Positions 9,507-17,476 of a stretch of DNA of 64,000 nucleotides are shown here, in pieces. Within the stretch, counting starts at the first letter, position 1, and each line of letters begins with the position of its first letter. The stretch is from an uncultured Gammaproteobacteria bacterium (GTDB lineage Bacteria; Patescibacteriota; Microgenomatia; UBA8517). The translations under genes were made by a program, and so were the position numbers. Where the stretch lies: positions 6,711-70,710 of the forward strand of contig CAZRJH010000004.1 of NCBI GenBank assembly GCA_964600575.1, in the 5' to 3' direction. The notes under the pieces were generated by a model. That model was given only the letters and a program-made list of their open reading frames with translations, had not been told where the DNA came from and did no database searches.

Positions 9507-10256
9507 TTAATCTTCGGGCAGAAAAGTGAAACCTATTGCGGTCAAAAATCCGGAAACAGCAAACAAAAGATCGCTTATATCTCCGTTCCAATATGTGCCA
9601 ACGGCAGAGTTGTAAGAAAAGATGGTGTCCGCGGTTGCAAGCATAATAAAACCAAAAACAAAATAAAGAATGTAAGGATGTTTTGATATACCCTCTTCTG
9701 TTCTTAAAACTATTAGGGCTGCCGCGGTTAACAAAGAATCGGCCATCAAATATATAAAGTTCAGCATATTTGTAGGGTCAAAAAAGCTAATTCCTGCACT
9801 ATTTTGATATATAAATTGATATAAAAGACCAAAAAATATCAGAAAAACAATAAGTCCTTCTAAAAGCATCTTTCTTGTTATCTTTTCCCCCACTGCTTTA
9901 ATTAGAAAGATGATTCCTGCAATTATTCCCGGATAAAAAACTAAAAAGGAGGCATCGGCCCAGGAAGGGTAGGGCATATCTACTTTTAAGACAATGTTGT
10001 AGTAGGACCAAATTAGAAGTCCGATACCGTAAAAACTGTTTCCTATACCAAAAAACAAAGCTGACTTTTTAAGATTTTTATTGTTTTCTATTTTTGAAGA
10101 TTTTATAAACGCAGTAATCGCGCCTATAAAAAAGAAAAGTGAATAAAGAAGGTTAATAGAATAGTTTGCATCTGTTGTGTGGTCGGGATTCATAAACAGT
10201 TGAATATCCACCACTATTACGGCAGCCATTATTAATACCAGAAGCCATCTTGTCAT
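9507..10256 (-). CDS. Polytopic membrane protein, hypothetical
   Basis: 249 aa with about 7 hydrophobic helices. No family recognised. Confidence 0.55.
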   Translation of the reverse strand: MTRWLLVLIMAAVIVVDIQLFMNPDHTTDANYSINLLYSLFFFIGAITAFIKSSKIENNKNLKKSALFFGIGNSFYGIGLLIWSYYNIVLKVDMPYPSWADASFLVFYPGIIAGIIFLIKAVGEKITRKMLLEGLIVFLIFFGLLYQFIYQNSAGISFFDPTNMLNFIYLMADSLLTAAALIVLRTEEGISKHPYILYFVFGFIMLATADTIFSYNSAVGTYWNGDISDLLFAVSGFLTAIGFTFLPED

Positions 10257-10399
10257 TTCTTAATATATCTTTTTGATTTCACTTTAGTCAATTTTAGGTG
10301 ATGTTATGACACACTCATTTGGGAGGGTGTCTCACCAGATTCAACTTGTCTCGGCTCCAAGAATAGGGTGTTTTTAAATACTGGTATACTTTTTTAAGT

Positions 10400-10945
10400 A
10401 TGAAAAAGTCACTTTTCTCTTTGGATATTATTGTCTTGTGTATATCACTTGCAGTTACTTATACAGCCTGGAGGATTACATATATTTTTCCTAAAGATCA
10501 AATTCCGCTTTATGTTTTTATTGTGGGTATAACCGCAAGCTTTCTGCTTTTTGGAATGGTATTTTTTTTGACCAGGGCACAGGCAAAGTCCCAGGAGCTT
10601 GATATAGAGAGGGCGAGACTTTTGGCGGCTATAGAAATAATTCCTATAGGAATTGCAATTACGGATGTAAACGGAAACATTGTTCAATCGAATTTTGGTT
10701 TATCGGAAGTATTGGGGGAAGTGGGAGTAACCTGGACTTTGCAGAGAATGAACGAAAGATTGTCATCCGCCTTGCCTTTGATGGATTCCTATAAGACTGC
10801 ATTGGAAGAACGCCGTACCGTTAGTTGGAAAAAAATTAATTTTGAGGGCAGAAAATTGGATGTCCATTTGATCCCTATATATTCTTCCCAGGAAAAGGGT
10901 GTGTTTGGGGTTTTGATTTGTATTACGGATGTAACCAAAGGCTAG
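10400..10945 (+). CDS. Small membrane-anchored PAS-domain protein
   Basis: Two N-terminal TM helices followed by a PAS-like fold (LLAAIEIIPIGIAITDVNGNIVQSN...). No output domain. Confidence 0.5.
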   Translation: MKKSLFSLDIIVLCISLAVTYTAWRITYIFPKDQIPLYVFIVGITASFLLFGMVFFLTRAQAKSQELDIERARLLAAIEIIPIGIAITDVNGNIVQSNFGLSEVLGEVGVTWTLQRMNERLSSALPLMDSYKTALEERRTVSWKKINFEGRKLDVHLIPIYSSQEKGVFGVLICITDVTKG

Positions 10946-10970
10946 GGAGGTTAAATTCTTCAAATTTTAG

Positions 10971-10976
10971 TATAAT
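10971..10976 (+). promoter_or_regulatory. Candidate -10 element (TATAAT) for the tRNA transcript
   Basis: Perfect TATAAT about 50 nt upstream of the tRNA. The -35 element is weak. Confidence 0.3.
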
Positions 10977-11028
10977 TCTGTGGCTTGGGCCGTTGGTATA
11001 AATAAATTTGTACCAACTTTCCATAATT

Positions 11029-11102
11029 GGGCCGTTGGTATAGTGGTAGCACATAGCATTCGCATTGCTAGGACGCCGGTTCGATTCCGGCACGGTCCAC
11101 CA
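11029..11102 (+). tRNA. tRNA, probably tRNA-Ala (anticodon CGC), CCA encoded
   Basis: 7-bp acceptor stem with a G3:U70 pair, T-arm GCCGG-TTCGATT-CCGGC, anticodon stem TAGCA/TGCTA with loop TTCGCAT, and a 3' CCA. The D-arm is atypical (one mismatch). Confidence 0.7.
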
Positions 11103-11158
11103 GGTTCGATGACACCCTTCACGGCTTTCGAAAAAATTGAGAAACTAAGTGAAGTAAG

Positions 11159-11179
11159 TCATATGAACTGCAGGTTCAT
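11159..11179. repeat. Perfect 21-nt palindrome ATATGAAC-TGCAG-GTTCATAT downstream of the tRNA
   Basis: Read directly from the sequence. Confidence 0.6.
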
Positions 11180-11202
11180 ATTCCGCCGGAGTCCACCCGG
11201 AG

Positions 11203-11302
11203 ATAGGGAATAGGGATTAGGTTTTAGGGAATAGAGGATAGAGTACAGTGTATAGGTTGTGGTTTTCGAACTAACACCTAAACGCTAATCCCTATACCCT
11301 AT
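11203..11302. repeat. Imperfect inverted repeat: ATAGGGAATAGGGATTAG ... CTAATCCCTATACCCTAT (18 nt arms, 1 mismatch, about 64-nt spacer), TAGGG-rich
   Basis: Arms at 11203-11220 and 11285-11302. The right arm overlaps the stop codon of the Fic-like gene. Confidence 0.55.
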
Positions 11303-12252
11303 CAAACTTTCGTGTAAAACACCGATCTTCCCTTGCCTTTGGAGAGAACTAGTCCGAGTGAGTTAAGTTTTGTAAGGTCCCTACTGGCCGTAATCTGAGA
11401 AACGCCAAACATTTTTTGATATTCTTTATTTGTTATTTTGCTCCCGGGCACTTCTAGGTTTTTTAAAACATCGTTTTGGCGTCTATTAAGCTTTAGGAGC
11501 TTTCTTTGGCCAAAAGGTGTAGGGGATTGAGAGATCGTTTGATAGGAGGCCTCTAAGGCTTCCAGAATAACTTGAGAATAATATTCTAACCAGGTTGTGG
11601 CATTTGTAATACCCGAAGAATTTTCTACAAATTTTTTATATGTTTCTTCTTGTGCTTTATGAAATTTATCAAGGCTATACATTCCGTTTATGTCGTAGCC
11701 GTTTTTGTAAAGCATAAGATAGGCAATAATGCGGGCACATTCATGGTTGCCGTATTCAAAAACTCGTGCCGAAATAAATTCTATGTATGCAATTCCCGAA
11801 AGAATTATCGGGTGTTCTTTGCCTTGGTTTAAAAAATTAAATGAGTCTTCGACCATTTTAGATGACATCTGAGTAATCCCTGTCATCTTCCCAAGATAAG
11901 GTTTGCAACCAAACTCATATATTTTTTGAACCGTTTTAAACTGGATCGGGTTTGGGTTAACTGTCCAGCCCTCGCTTAGATATTCAAAAACTTTTTTGGA
12001 GGCAAATACTTTTTTTTCTATCAGATTTGGTTTTTTGGGATAGGGTTTAAGAAGTATTTCGGATACCTGATGACTTTCGATCGGGGGAGAGTCCCAAACC
12101 AAAAGTCCGGAAACTCTTTCTACCAAAAAATACCAGTCCAAATGCCTTTTTGTTTTGGGGTTCATGGGGGTTAGTAAAATTTTTGCTCTTAATCTGTCAC
12201 AAGCTGCAATATTATCTTTAATCTTTTGTGTTATGGCATATGCTGTGTTCAT
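11302..12252 (-). CDS. Fic/DOC family protein with degenerate active-site motif and C-terminal winged HTH
   Basis: Fic fold-like core with FEYGNHECARII in place of HPFx(D/E)GNGR. The C-terminal ...ITNKEYQKMFGVSQITASRDLTKL... is an HTH. Confidence 0.55.
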   Translation of the reverse strand: MNTAYAITQKIKDNIAACDRLRAKILLTPMNPKTKRHLDWYFLVERVSGLLVWDSPPIESHQVSEILLKPYPKKPNLIEKKVFASKKVFEYLSEGWTVNPNPIQFKTVQKIYEFGCKPYLGKMTGITQMSSKMVEDSFNFLNQGKEHPIILSGIAYIEFISARVFEYGNHECARIIAYLMLYKNGYDINGMYSLDKFHKAQEETYKKFVENSSGITNATTWLEYYSQVILEALEASYQTISQSPTPFGQRKLLKLNRRQNDVLKNLEVPGSKITNKEYQKMFGVSQITASRDLTKLNSLGLVLSKGKGRSVFYTKV

Positions 12253-12489
12253 AGTTTTATTGAATAATTAATTTGTATCATATTCATATCATAGCGTCAA
12301 ATAATTACTACATTTATAAAATCGAAGCTAAATCATAAAAATATGATAAGATTATGATAAGATTAAATATATCACCAACTACCCCTTGACATAACTATTC
12401 GTATAGATACATACTGATATTAGATTATTAGCTGCCCGCTTCTTAAATCGTCGGACATCTAATAAAACATAGAATGGAGGTGATCCGAC

Positions 12490-12630
12490 TTGTTTAATAA
12501 CATTGGCACATCAGAATTGGTAGTAATAGCGCTTGTACTTTTGCTGCTCTTTGGTGGCAAGAAACTTCCCGAACTCGCAAGAGGGATTGGGGATTCAATT
12601 AGAGAATTCAAAAAGGCCGTTAAAAGTTAA
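12490..12630 (+). CDS. tatA: Twin-arginine translocase subunit TatA (46 aa, TTG start)
   Basis: GGAGGTGA ribosome-binding site 6 nt upstream. The translation [46 protein letters not shown] matches the TatA TM and amphipathic-helix signature. It is below the length cutoff of the ORF track. Confidence 0.8.
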   Translation: MFNNIGTSELVVIALVLLLLFGGKKLPELARGIGDSIREFKKAVKS

Positions 12631-12639
12631 GTCAGACAA

Positions 12640-15183
12640 ATGAAAAAAGCCAGTCCTGCTCAAAAAATATTTATACTGGCATTGACGCTCTACCTAGCTG
12701 CCGCTTTTTCAGGTGTAGCTGAGATAAAAGCTGCAGCAGGTGGGGTTCAATCGTGTACAGTCGGATCAACCTGCAAGATAGGGGAGTTTCTTTATGACGA
12801 TTCTTCTGCTCCGATTTCTGGTGCAACTTGTACCATTACTTCTAAATACCCCGATAACTCAAGCTTTTTATCGTCTCAGGCAATGAGTGGCGGAGGGGCA
12901 GACGGTTGGTATTATCATGAATTTACAACCCCATCTTCCACGGGTGTTTACGCCACTAATGTTTGTTGCACCACAAACGGTGACACATTATGTATAGATA
13001 AGGGTTTCGAATCAAAGGCTGCCTCAACTACAGATACTGCAAGTATTGCTTCAGCCGTTTGGTCTTATTCGGGTAGAACTGTGAGTTCGTTTGGGTCATT
13101 AATTTCGGATGTTTGGAGTAGTGCAACAAGAACCCTAACCGGGGCAGGGCTTTCCAGCGGACAACTTGCAACACAAGATGATGTTGTCTCCGTTAGAAAC
13201 AATATAAACAATCTTTCTACAGACACCGGGGATTTGTCCTCTATAAAAAAGAAAGTAGATGAAAACAGGCTTTTGTTGGAAAGAATTGTAAATAAGCCGA
13301 TTATAGAAAATGTTTTGGAAGACACAACGCCGGACCTTACCCAAAAAACAAGCGACACAAGAGCGATTGTCAATCAACTTTATATAAATAACCAATTTTT
13401 AACTGCTCAGGCAGCTATTTTTAATTCAAAACTTTCAAAAATGACAGGGAAAGAAGCTCTGGATTATGTAATTACTCTTTCCGGAATAATAGGGGAGTCG
13501 GCGGACTCGTCGAGTTCTACGACGCTTTTTGCACAGGCCAACTATCTTAAAGATTCGTGGAATTGGGACGAGTCGGCACAGGTTTATTCCAAGCTAAGTC
13601 TTTTGCAAAAAAGCATTGTTGAGATGCAGGAGGAGTTGGTTGACTACGAAAAAAGCCCATTACTTGCCACTAAAGCCAGAAAATTAGTTACCGATTCGTT
13701 GGCTTTGGAAAAAACCGTAGGTTTAACAACCGATACTGCAAATCAAAAAACAGTCTTTGCAAGACTCTTGGCTACGGAAGTGCTTGTAGGCAAGCTCAAC
13801 GAAAAAAGCAATCAGCTTGCCGATTTATTGAATGATTACAAAACAACGGGTGATACTACCGATACCGTTTCCAAAATAGGCGGTCTTAGGAGTCAGGTAA
13901 TTGCACTTAACAAGGTTCCATCGGCAAATTCTATGGTACTTGGTGCATCCACTTTGTCGGACGGTAAGGCCATACAAAATTCCATATTGGGCCTTATGGG
14001 TGTTGTAAATTCCAATAAAAAACTTCTTGCATTGGCAACGGGTAAAACTTTAATTAATACCTGGTTGGAGCTTGGGAGCATAGTTTTTAAGACAATTGCT
14101 ACAAATCCGTCAACCTTAATAACTCAGGATGTAGAAATTAAATATTATTTGCCGGCCGAAATAAAATCGGAAGACATTATTAAGGTGGCGGCGGGGCTTG
14201 AAGCTAAATATGATGCAGAAAAGGGGCAAATGTATGTAGAAGGCAAATTTAGTTTGACCCCCGGGCAAACCAGAACATTCGAAATAGAGACAAAAGATAT
14301 TTGGGAGGTAACTCAAGAAGAAGTGGCAAGTCTAAGAACAGAGATAGAAGATCTTTCTAAGCCTCTGGAAAAAACTGCATATTTTGCTCAAAGCGTAAGT
14401 CTTAAAAGTGCTGCTATAAGCGAACTCGATAAAATAGTTGCCGTTCAAAAAGCTGCTATAACACCCGAAGATAAAATCAGAGCCTACAGAGAAGCTGACA
14501 TATTAAAGAAATCTGTCGAGACAAAAATCCAAGGCCTAAGAGAACTTGTAGGGCAAGCCAGCTCCGCAGGAAGCCTCTTGGGTTTTGTGGGGGGTTCACA
14601 AACAATCGCGGTTTGGGGAATCGTAATAGTAGTAATCGCGGGTTTTGTAATACTTCTTACATATATGAAATCACTGGCCGGAACAAAGAAAGTCGGTAGG
14701 CCCGAAACAGAAGCTAAAACTGAAGTTGTCAAAAAAACAGCCGCAAAACATAAAGGGCTTCACCCGCTTGGTTTTGCCGTTATTGTTATAGCAACCAGTG
14801 TGATTACAGCAGGTGCAACAACATACATTGTTACAGGCAGGATTACAAAACTTTACGAAGATAAGATCAAAGTTTTGGGAACTCAAACAGAAAACAAACA
14901 GCCGGCAGAACCAGACAAACTAAACGACGCTTCCTCCTCTGTGCCGACAGATAAAGCGGTGGTAAAAGTAGAAGAGGCCGTGGGGGGACCATATATCTTA
15001 ACCGTACAGGAGACACCTACCGGCTTTTTAAGGTTAAGAGAAACGCCGAACGGTAAGGAAATAGGCCAACTTAATCCGGGGGAAGAGCTGGTGCTTATCG
15101 AAGAAAAAAACGGTTGGTACAAGGTGGAGGTTAAAACCGGCGAGTCAGGGTGGGTTTCTTCTAAATATGTAAGCAAGAACTAA
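12640..15183 (+). CDS. Large exported protein (847 aa) with signal peptide, two C-proximal TM helices and a C-terminal SH3b-like domain
   Basis: N-terminal Sec-type signal peptide. A hydrophobic pair around aa 640-720. C-terminal GWYKVEVKTGESGWVSSKYV. It starts 10 nt after tatA. Confidence 0.65.
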   Translation: MKKASPAQKIFILALTLYLAAAFSGVAEIKAAAGGVQSCTVGSTCKIGEFLYDDSSAPISGATCTITSKYPDNSSFLSSQAMSGGGADGWYYHEFTTPSSTGVYATNVCCTTNGDTLCIDKGFESKAASTTDTASIASAVWSYSGRTVSSFGSLISDVWSSATRTLTGAGLSSGQLATQDDVVSVRNNINNLSTDTGDLSSIKKKVDENRLLLERIVNKPIIENVLEDTTPDLTQKTSDTRAIVNQLYINNQFLTAQAAIFNSKLSKMTGKEALDYVITLSGIIGESADSSSSTTLFAQANYLKDSWNWDESAQVYSKLSLLQKSIVEMQEELVDYEKSPLLATKARKLVTDSLALEKTVGLTTDTANQKTVFARLLATEVLVGKLNEKSNQLADLLNDYKTTGDTTDTVSKIGGLRSQVIALNKVPSANSMVLGASTLSDGKAIQNSILGLMGVVNSNKKLLALATGKTLINTWLELGSIVFKTIATNPSTLITQDVEIKYYLPAEIKSEDIIKVAAGLEAKYDAEKGQMYVEGKFSLTPGQTRTFEIETKDIWEVTQEEVASLRTEIEDLSKPLEKTAYFAQSVSLKSAAISELDKIVAVQKAAITPEDKIRAYREADILKKSVETKIQGLRELVGQASSAGSLLGFVGGSQTIAVWGIVIVVIAGFVILLTYMKSLAGTKKVGRPETEAKTEVVKKTAAKHKGLHPLGFAVIVIATSVITAGATTYIVTGRITKLYEDKIKVLGTQTENKQPAEPDKLNDASSSVPTDKAVVKVEEAVGGPYILTVQETPTGFLRLRETPNGKEIGQLNPGEELVLIEEKNGWYKVEVKTGESGWVSSKYVSKN

Positions 15184-15186
15184 TAC

Positions 15187-15576
15187 TTAAATATACACAT
15201 TATATAAAAAGTGTATAAGCATTGCTCCAAAAAGACCTAGGAATTTTATTTTCTTCTTTGTTGACAATAAATATATCAATACAAAAGTAAAAGAGTGGAG
15301 TAGGGATGTGAGAATGAATCTTGTAAAAATCAAACCAGAATTGCCGTACATATTAATCTTAAATATATAAAGCGCGGTTTCTGATAGAGCAAATAAGATC
15401 CCGGTCGTAACAACGAGCTTAAAGCCCTCTAGCGAGGTTTTTTGGTGTTTTAAAAGATAAACCACTACCAAGTACTTGTATATCTCCTCGACTACAAACG
15501 GATAGGGTACAACAAGTTCTACAGGCCAAACCAAAAAAGGACCGATAAGGCCGTAAAGGGTAATAGGAAGATCCAT
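15187..15576 (-). CDS. Small polytopic membrane protein, possibly CPBP (CAAX protease)-like
   Basis: 129 aa with EExxxK/R-like, FxxxH-like and IHFLYN (HxxxN) motifs. This is a tentative call. Confidence 0.35.
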   Translation of the reverse strand: MDLPITLYGLIGPFLVWPVELVVPYPFVVEEIYKYLVVVYLLKHQKTSLEGFKLVVTTGILFALSETALYIFKINMYGNSGLIFTRFILTSLLHSFTFVLIYLLSTKKKIKFLGLFGAMLIHFLYNVYI

Positions 15577-15577
15577 C

Positions 15578-15721
15578 TTACTTGCTTTTTATTGATTTCT
15601 TGAATTCGCGGATTGCGTCTCCGATACCTTTTCCAAGTTCGGGGAGTTTTTTGCCTCCAAAAAGAACAAGGAGGATAACAAAAATTATAATTAGTTCCGT
15701 TGTGCCTATATTTCTAAACAT
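15578..15721 (-). CDS. tatA: Twin-arginine translocase subunit TatA (47 aa)
   Basis: Translation [47 protein letters not shown]. Located immediately downstream of tatC. Confidence 0.75.
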   Translation of the reverse strand: MFRNIGTTELIIIFVILLVLFGGKKLPELGKGIGDAIREFKKSIKSK

Positions 15722-15726
15722 ATTGT

Positions 15727-16512
15727 TTACACCTCCTTTCTTGTGCGCTCGCTTGCTGTAGAAAGCTTAGCGGTGTCACCGCCTGTAATCTTATGCAATA
15801 TTAATGTAACCTCGAATAGGATTACAAGAGGAAGTGCCAAAAGAATATCTGCAAGTATGGAATCAATCGGGAGAAGTATTGCAAATATCAAGGCCCCAAA
15901 ATAAACCCACACACGCTGTTTAACTATTTGTTTGTGAGTTAAAACTTTAAATTTCATAAGTAGCAAAAGAACGATGGGAAATTGGAATCCGGCACCCATA
16001 ACGGATGATGTAAGAAGAACAACTGAGAGTAGCCTACTTATATCTAGGATATTGCCTATACCTAATGATGTTGATTGATGCAAAAAGATCTCTATTTGCC
16101 ACTTCATTATAAAAGCGCCAAATCCAAAACCTATTAAAAAAAGTATTATCGAAAAAGGCAAATAATATAAAAGTGTTTTGTATTCGCTGTTTTTTAGAGC
16201 CGGTCTCAAAAAAGAAAGTACCTGGGAAATAATAAGCGGGAACGCAAGAACAAGCCCTACCATAAATCCGCAGGAAAAAGCCAAGTTCAAAAATTGAAAA
16301 GGAGAGGTAAAAACTATATTTATACCGTTAAGACTAAAAATATTTATTACAAAGCCGATTATTTTTTCGTAAAAAACAAAACCTCCTATTATTCCAACCA
16401 TAAATATAGAAGCGATAAACATTACTCTTTTACGGGCCTCCAAAAGAAGGGGATAGTACTTATTTATTGTGTCCTGCAGGGTTTGCCCGCCCAAGATTCC
16501 TTTTTCGTCCAT
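15727..16512 (-). CDS. tatC: Sec-independent protein translocase TatC
   Basis: 261 aa with six TM helices in a typical TatC arrangement and conserved N-terminal region. Confidence 0.85.
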   Translation of the reverse strand: MDEKGILGGQTLQDTINKYYPLLLEARKRVMFIASIFMVGIIGGFVFYEKIIGFVINIFSLNGINIVFTSPFQFLNLAFSCGFMVGLVLAFPLIISQVLSFLRPALKNSEYKTLLYYLPFSIILFLIGFGFGAFIMKWQIEIFLHQSTSLGIGNILDISRLLSVVLLTSSVMGAGFQFPIVLLLLMKFKVLTHKQIVKQRVWVYFGALIFAILLPIDSILADILLALPLVILFEVTLILHKITGGDTAKLSTASERTRKEV

Positions 16513-16558
16513 ATCAAAAATAGTTTAACAATCAAAATAGGGGTTCGCAACAAAAAAG

Positions 16559-16726
16559 TTATTTGTCTTTATCTTCGCTTTCACCGTCTTCGGTTTTTGA
16601 GGCTTTTTTGAATTCGGTTATGGATTGCCCAAGACCCTTAAAAAACTCGGGAATCTTTTTTCCGCCAAAAAAGAGGATTAAAATTAAAGCTATTATTACT
16701 ATTTCTCCTAGTCCGATTCTTGACAT
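16559..16726 (-). CDS. tatA: Twin-arginine translocase subunit TatA/E paralogue (55 aa)
   Basis: Translation MSRIGLGEIVIIALILILFFGGKKIPEFFKGLGQSITEFKKASKTEDGESEDKDK. Confidence 0.75.
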   Translation of the reverse strand: MSRIGLGEIVIIALILILFFGGKKIPEFFKGLGQSITEFKKASKTEDGESEDKDK

Positions 16727-16763
16727 AATTTATATATACTCTGCCTAAAAAATAAAATCAACC

Positions 16764-16973
16764 TTAAACTTCGTCGTCGTCATCCAAGTCGGAATCCTTT
16801 TGGACTTCGTTCTTGGCATCTGTAAAATCTTTTTTGATCTTTTTGAATTCTTTTGTGGTTTCTCCTGCGGCTTTGCCTAGTTCAACTATTTTTTTGCTAC
16901 CAAAAAATACTATTACAACTATAGCAATTACAATGAGTTCTCCCATTCCGATGTTCCTGAAGAAGTTAAGCAT
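16764..16973 (-). CDS. tatA: Twin-arginine translocase subunit TatA/B paralogue (69 aa)
   Basis: Translation MLNFFRNIGMGELIVIAIVVIVFFGSKKIVELGKAAGETTKEFKKIKKDF... with an acidic tail. Confidence 0.75.
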   Translation of the reverse strand: MLNFFRNIGMGELIVIAIVVIVFFGSKKIVELGKAAGETTKEFKKIKKDFTDAKNEVQKDSDLDDDDEV

Positions 16974-17028
16974 ACAACAGCATACTATGACTTAGTAAAT
17001 CAAAATGCAAGTGGGAATTTTGGGGAAA

Positions 17029-17057
17029 GGGTCTAGATTTTAGGGGTTAGGGTTTAG
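17029..17057. repeat. Left inverted-repeat arm (GGGTCTAGATTTTA) plus GGGGTTAGGGTTTAG tract
   Basis: Pairs with 17443-17456 (TAAAATCTAGTCCC; 13 of 14 complementary). Contains telomere-like TTAGGG. Confidence 0.55.
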
Positions 17058-17402
17058 TTTGTGGAGTAAAACATTAAGCATTTTCATTATTTCCGTCAGT
17101 AATCCAAAGGCTTTATTAAATTCTGATTTATTTAATAGTCGCAGCTCGTTTGCAAGTAAAAGCTGGGTTTCCAGTTCTGCTCCGGCGCCATAGGCTATGC
17201 GTAGAAATTGAATATATTCTTGTTTATGACCACGGGAATTACCTTCTGCAATGTTTGACGGTATCGACACGGCGGCTCATTGCATTTGGGATGCTAATCC
17301 GTATATTTCTGATTTTGGAAAACTTCTGGTTATTTTGTAAGTGAGTTTGGTCAATTCGAATGATTTCTGCCAAACTATTAACTCTTTGTAGCTACTAATC
17401 AT
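17040..17402 (-). pseudogene. Four-helix-bundle protein of the '23S rRNA intervening-sequence protein' family, interrupted by an in-frame TGA at a conserved Arg codon
   Basis: The upstream frame reads MISSYKELIVWQKSFELTKLTYKITRSFPKSEIYGLASQMQ*AAVSIPSNIAEG.... The family consensus has ...SQ(I/L)RRAAVSIPSNIAEG, so this is CGA->TGA at 17277-17279. The downstream 76-aa ORF restarts at GTG. Confidence 0.7.
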
Positions 17403-17442
17403 GTTCTTTGATTCCCAGTTCTAATTCCTGACCTTTAGTCTT

Positions 17443-17470
17443 TAAAATCTAGTCCCTAGTCCCTAAAACC
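17443..17470. repeat. Right inverted-repeat arm (TAAAATCTAGTCCC) plus TAGTCCCTAAAACC
   Basis: Reverse complement GGTTTTAGGGACTAGGGACTAGATTTTA. Pairs with 17029-17042. Confidence 0.55.
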
Positions 17471-17476
17471 TATAAG

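Noticed and set aside
10985-11041. The tRNA 5'-end duplication as an attL/attR pair of an integrated element
   Set aside because: The two 16-nt copies are only 41 nt apart with nothing between them but a hairpin, so no cargo is present. No integrase is nearby.
17040-17475. The four-helix-bundle gene as evidence of a nearby 23S rRNA gene with an intervening sequence
   Set aside because: No rRNA-like sequence flanks it. Protein-coding genes (tatA paralogue, tail-fibre-like gene) abut both sides. Members of this protein family also occur outside rRNA in many genomes.
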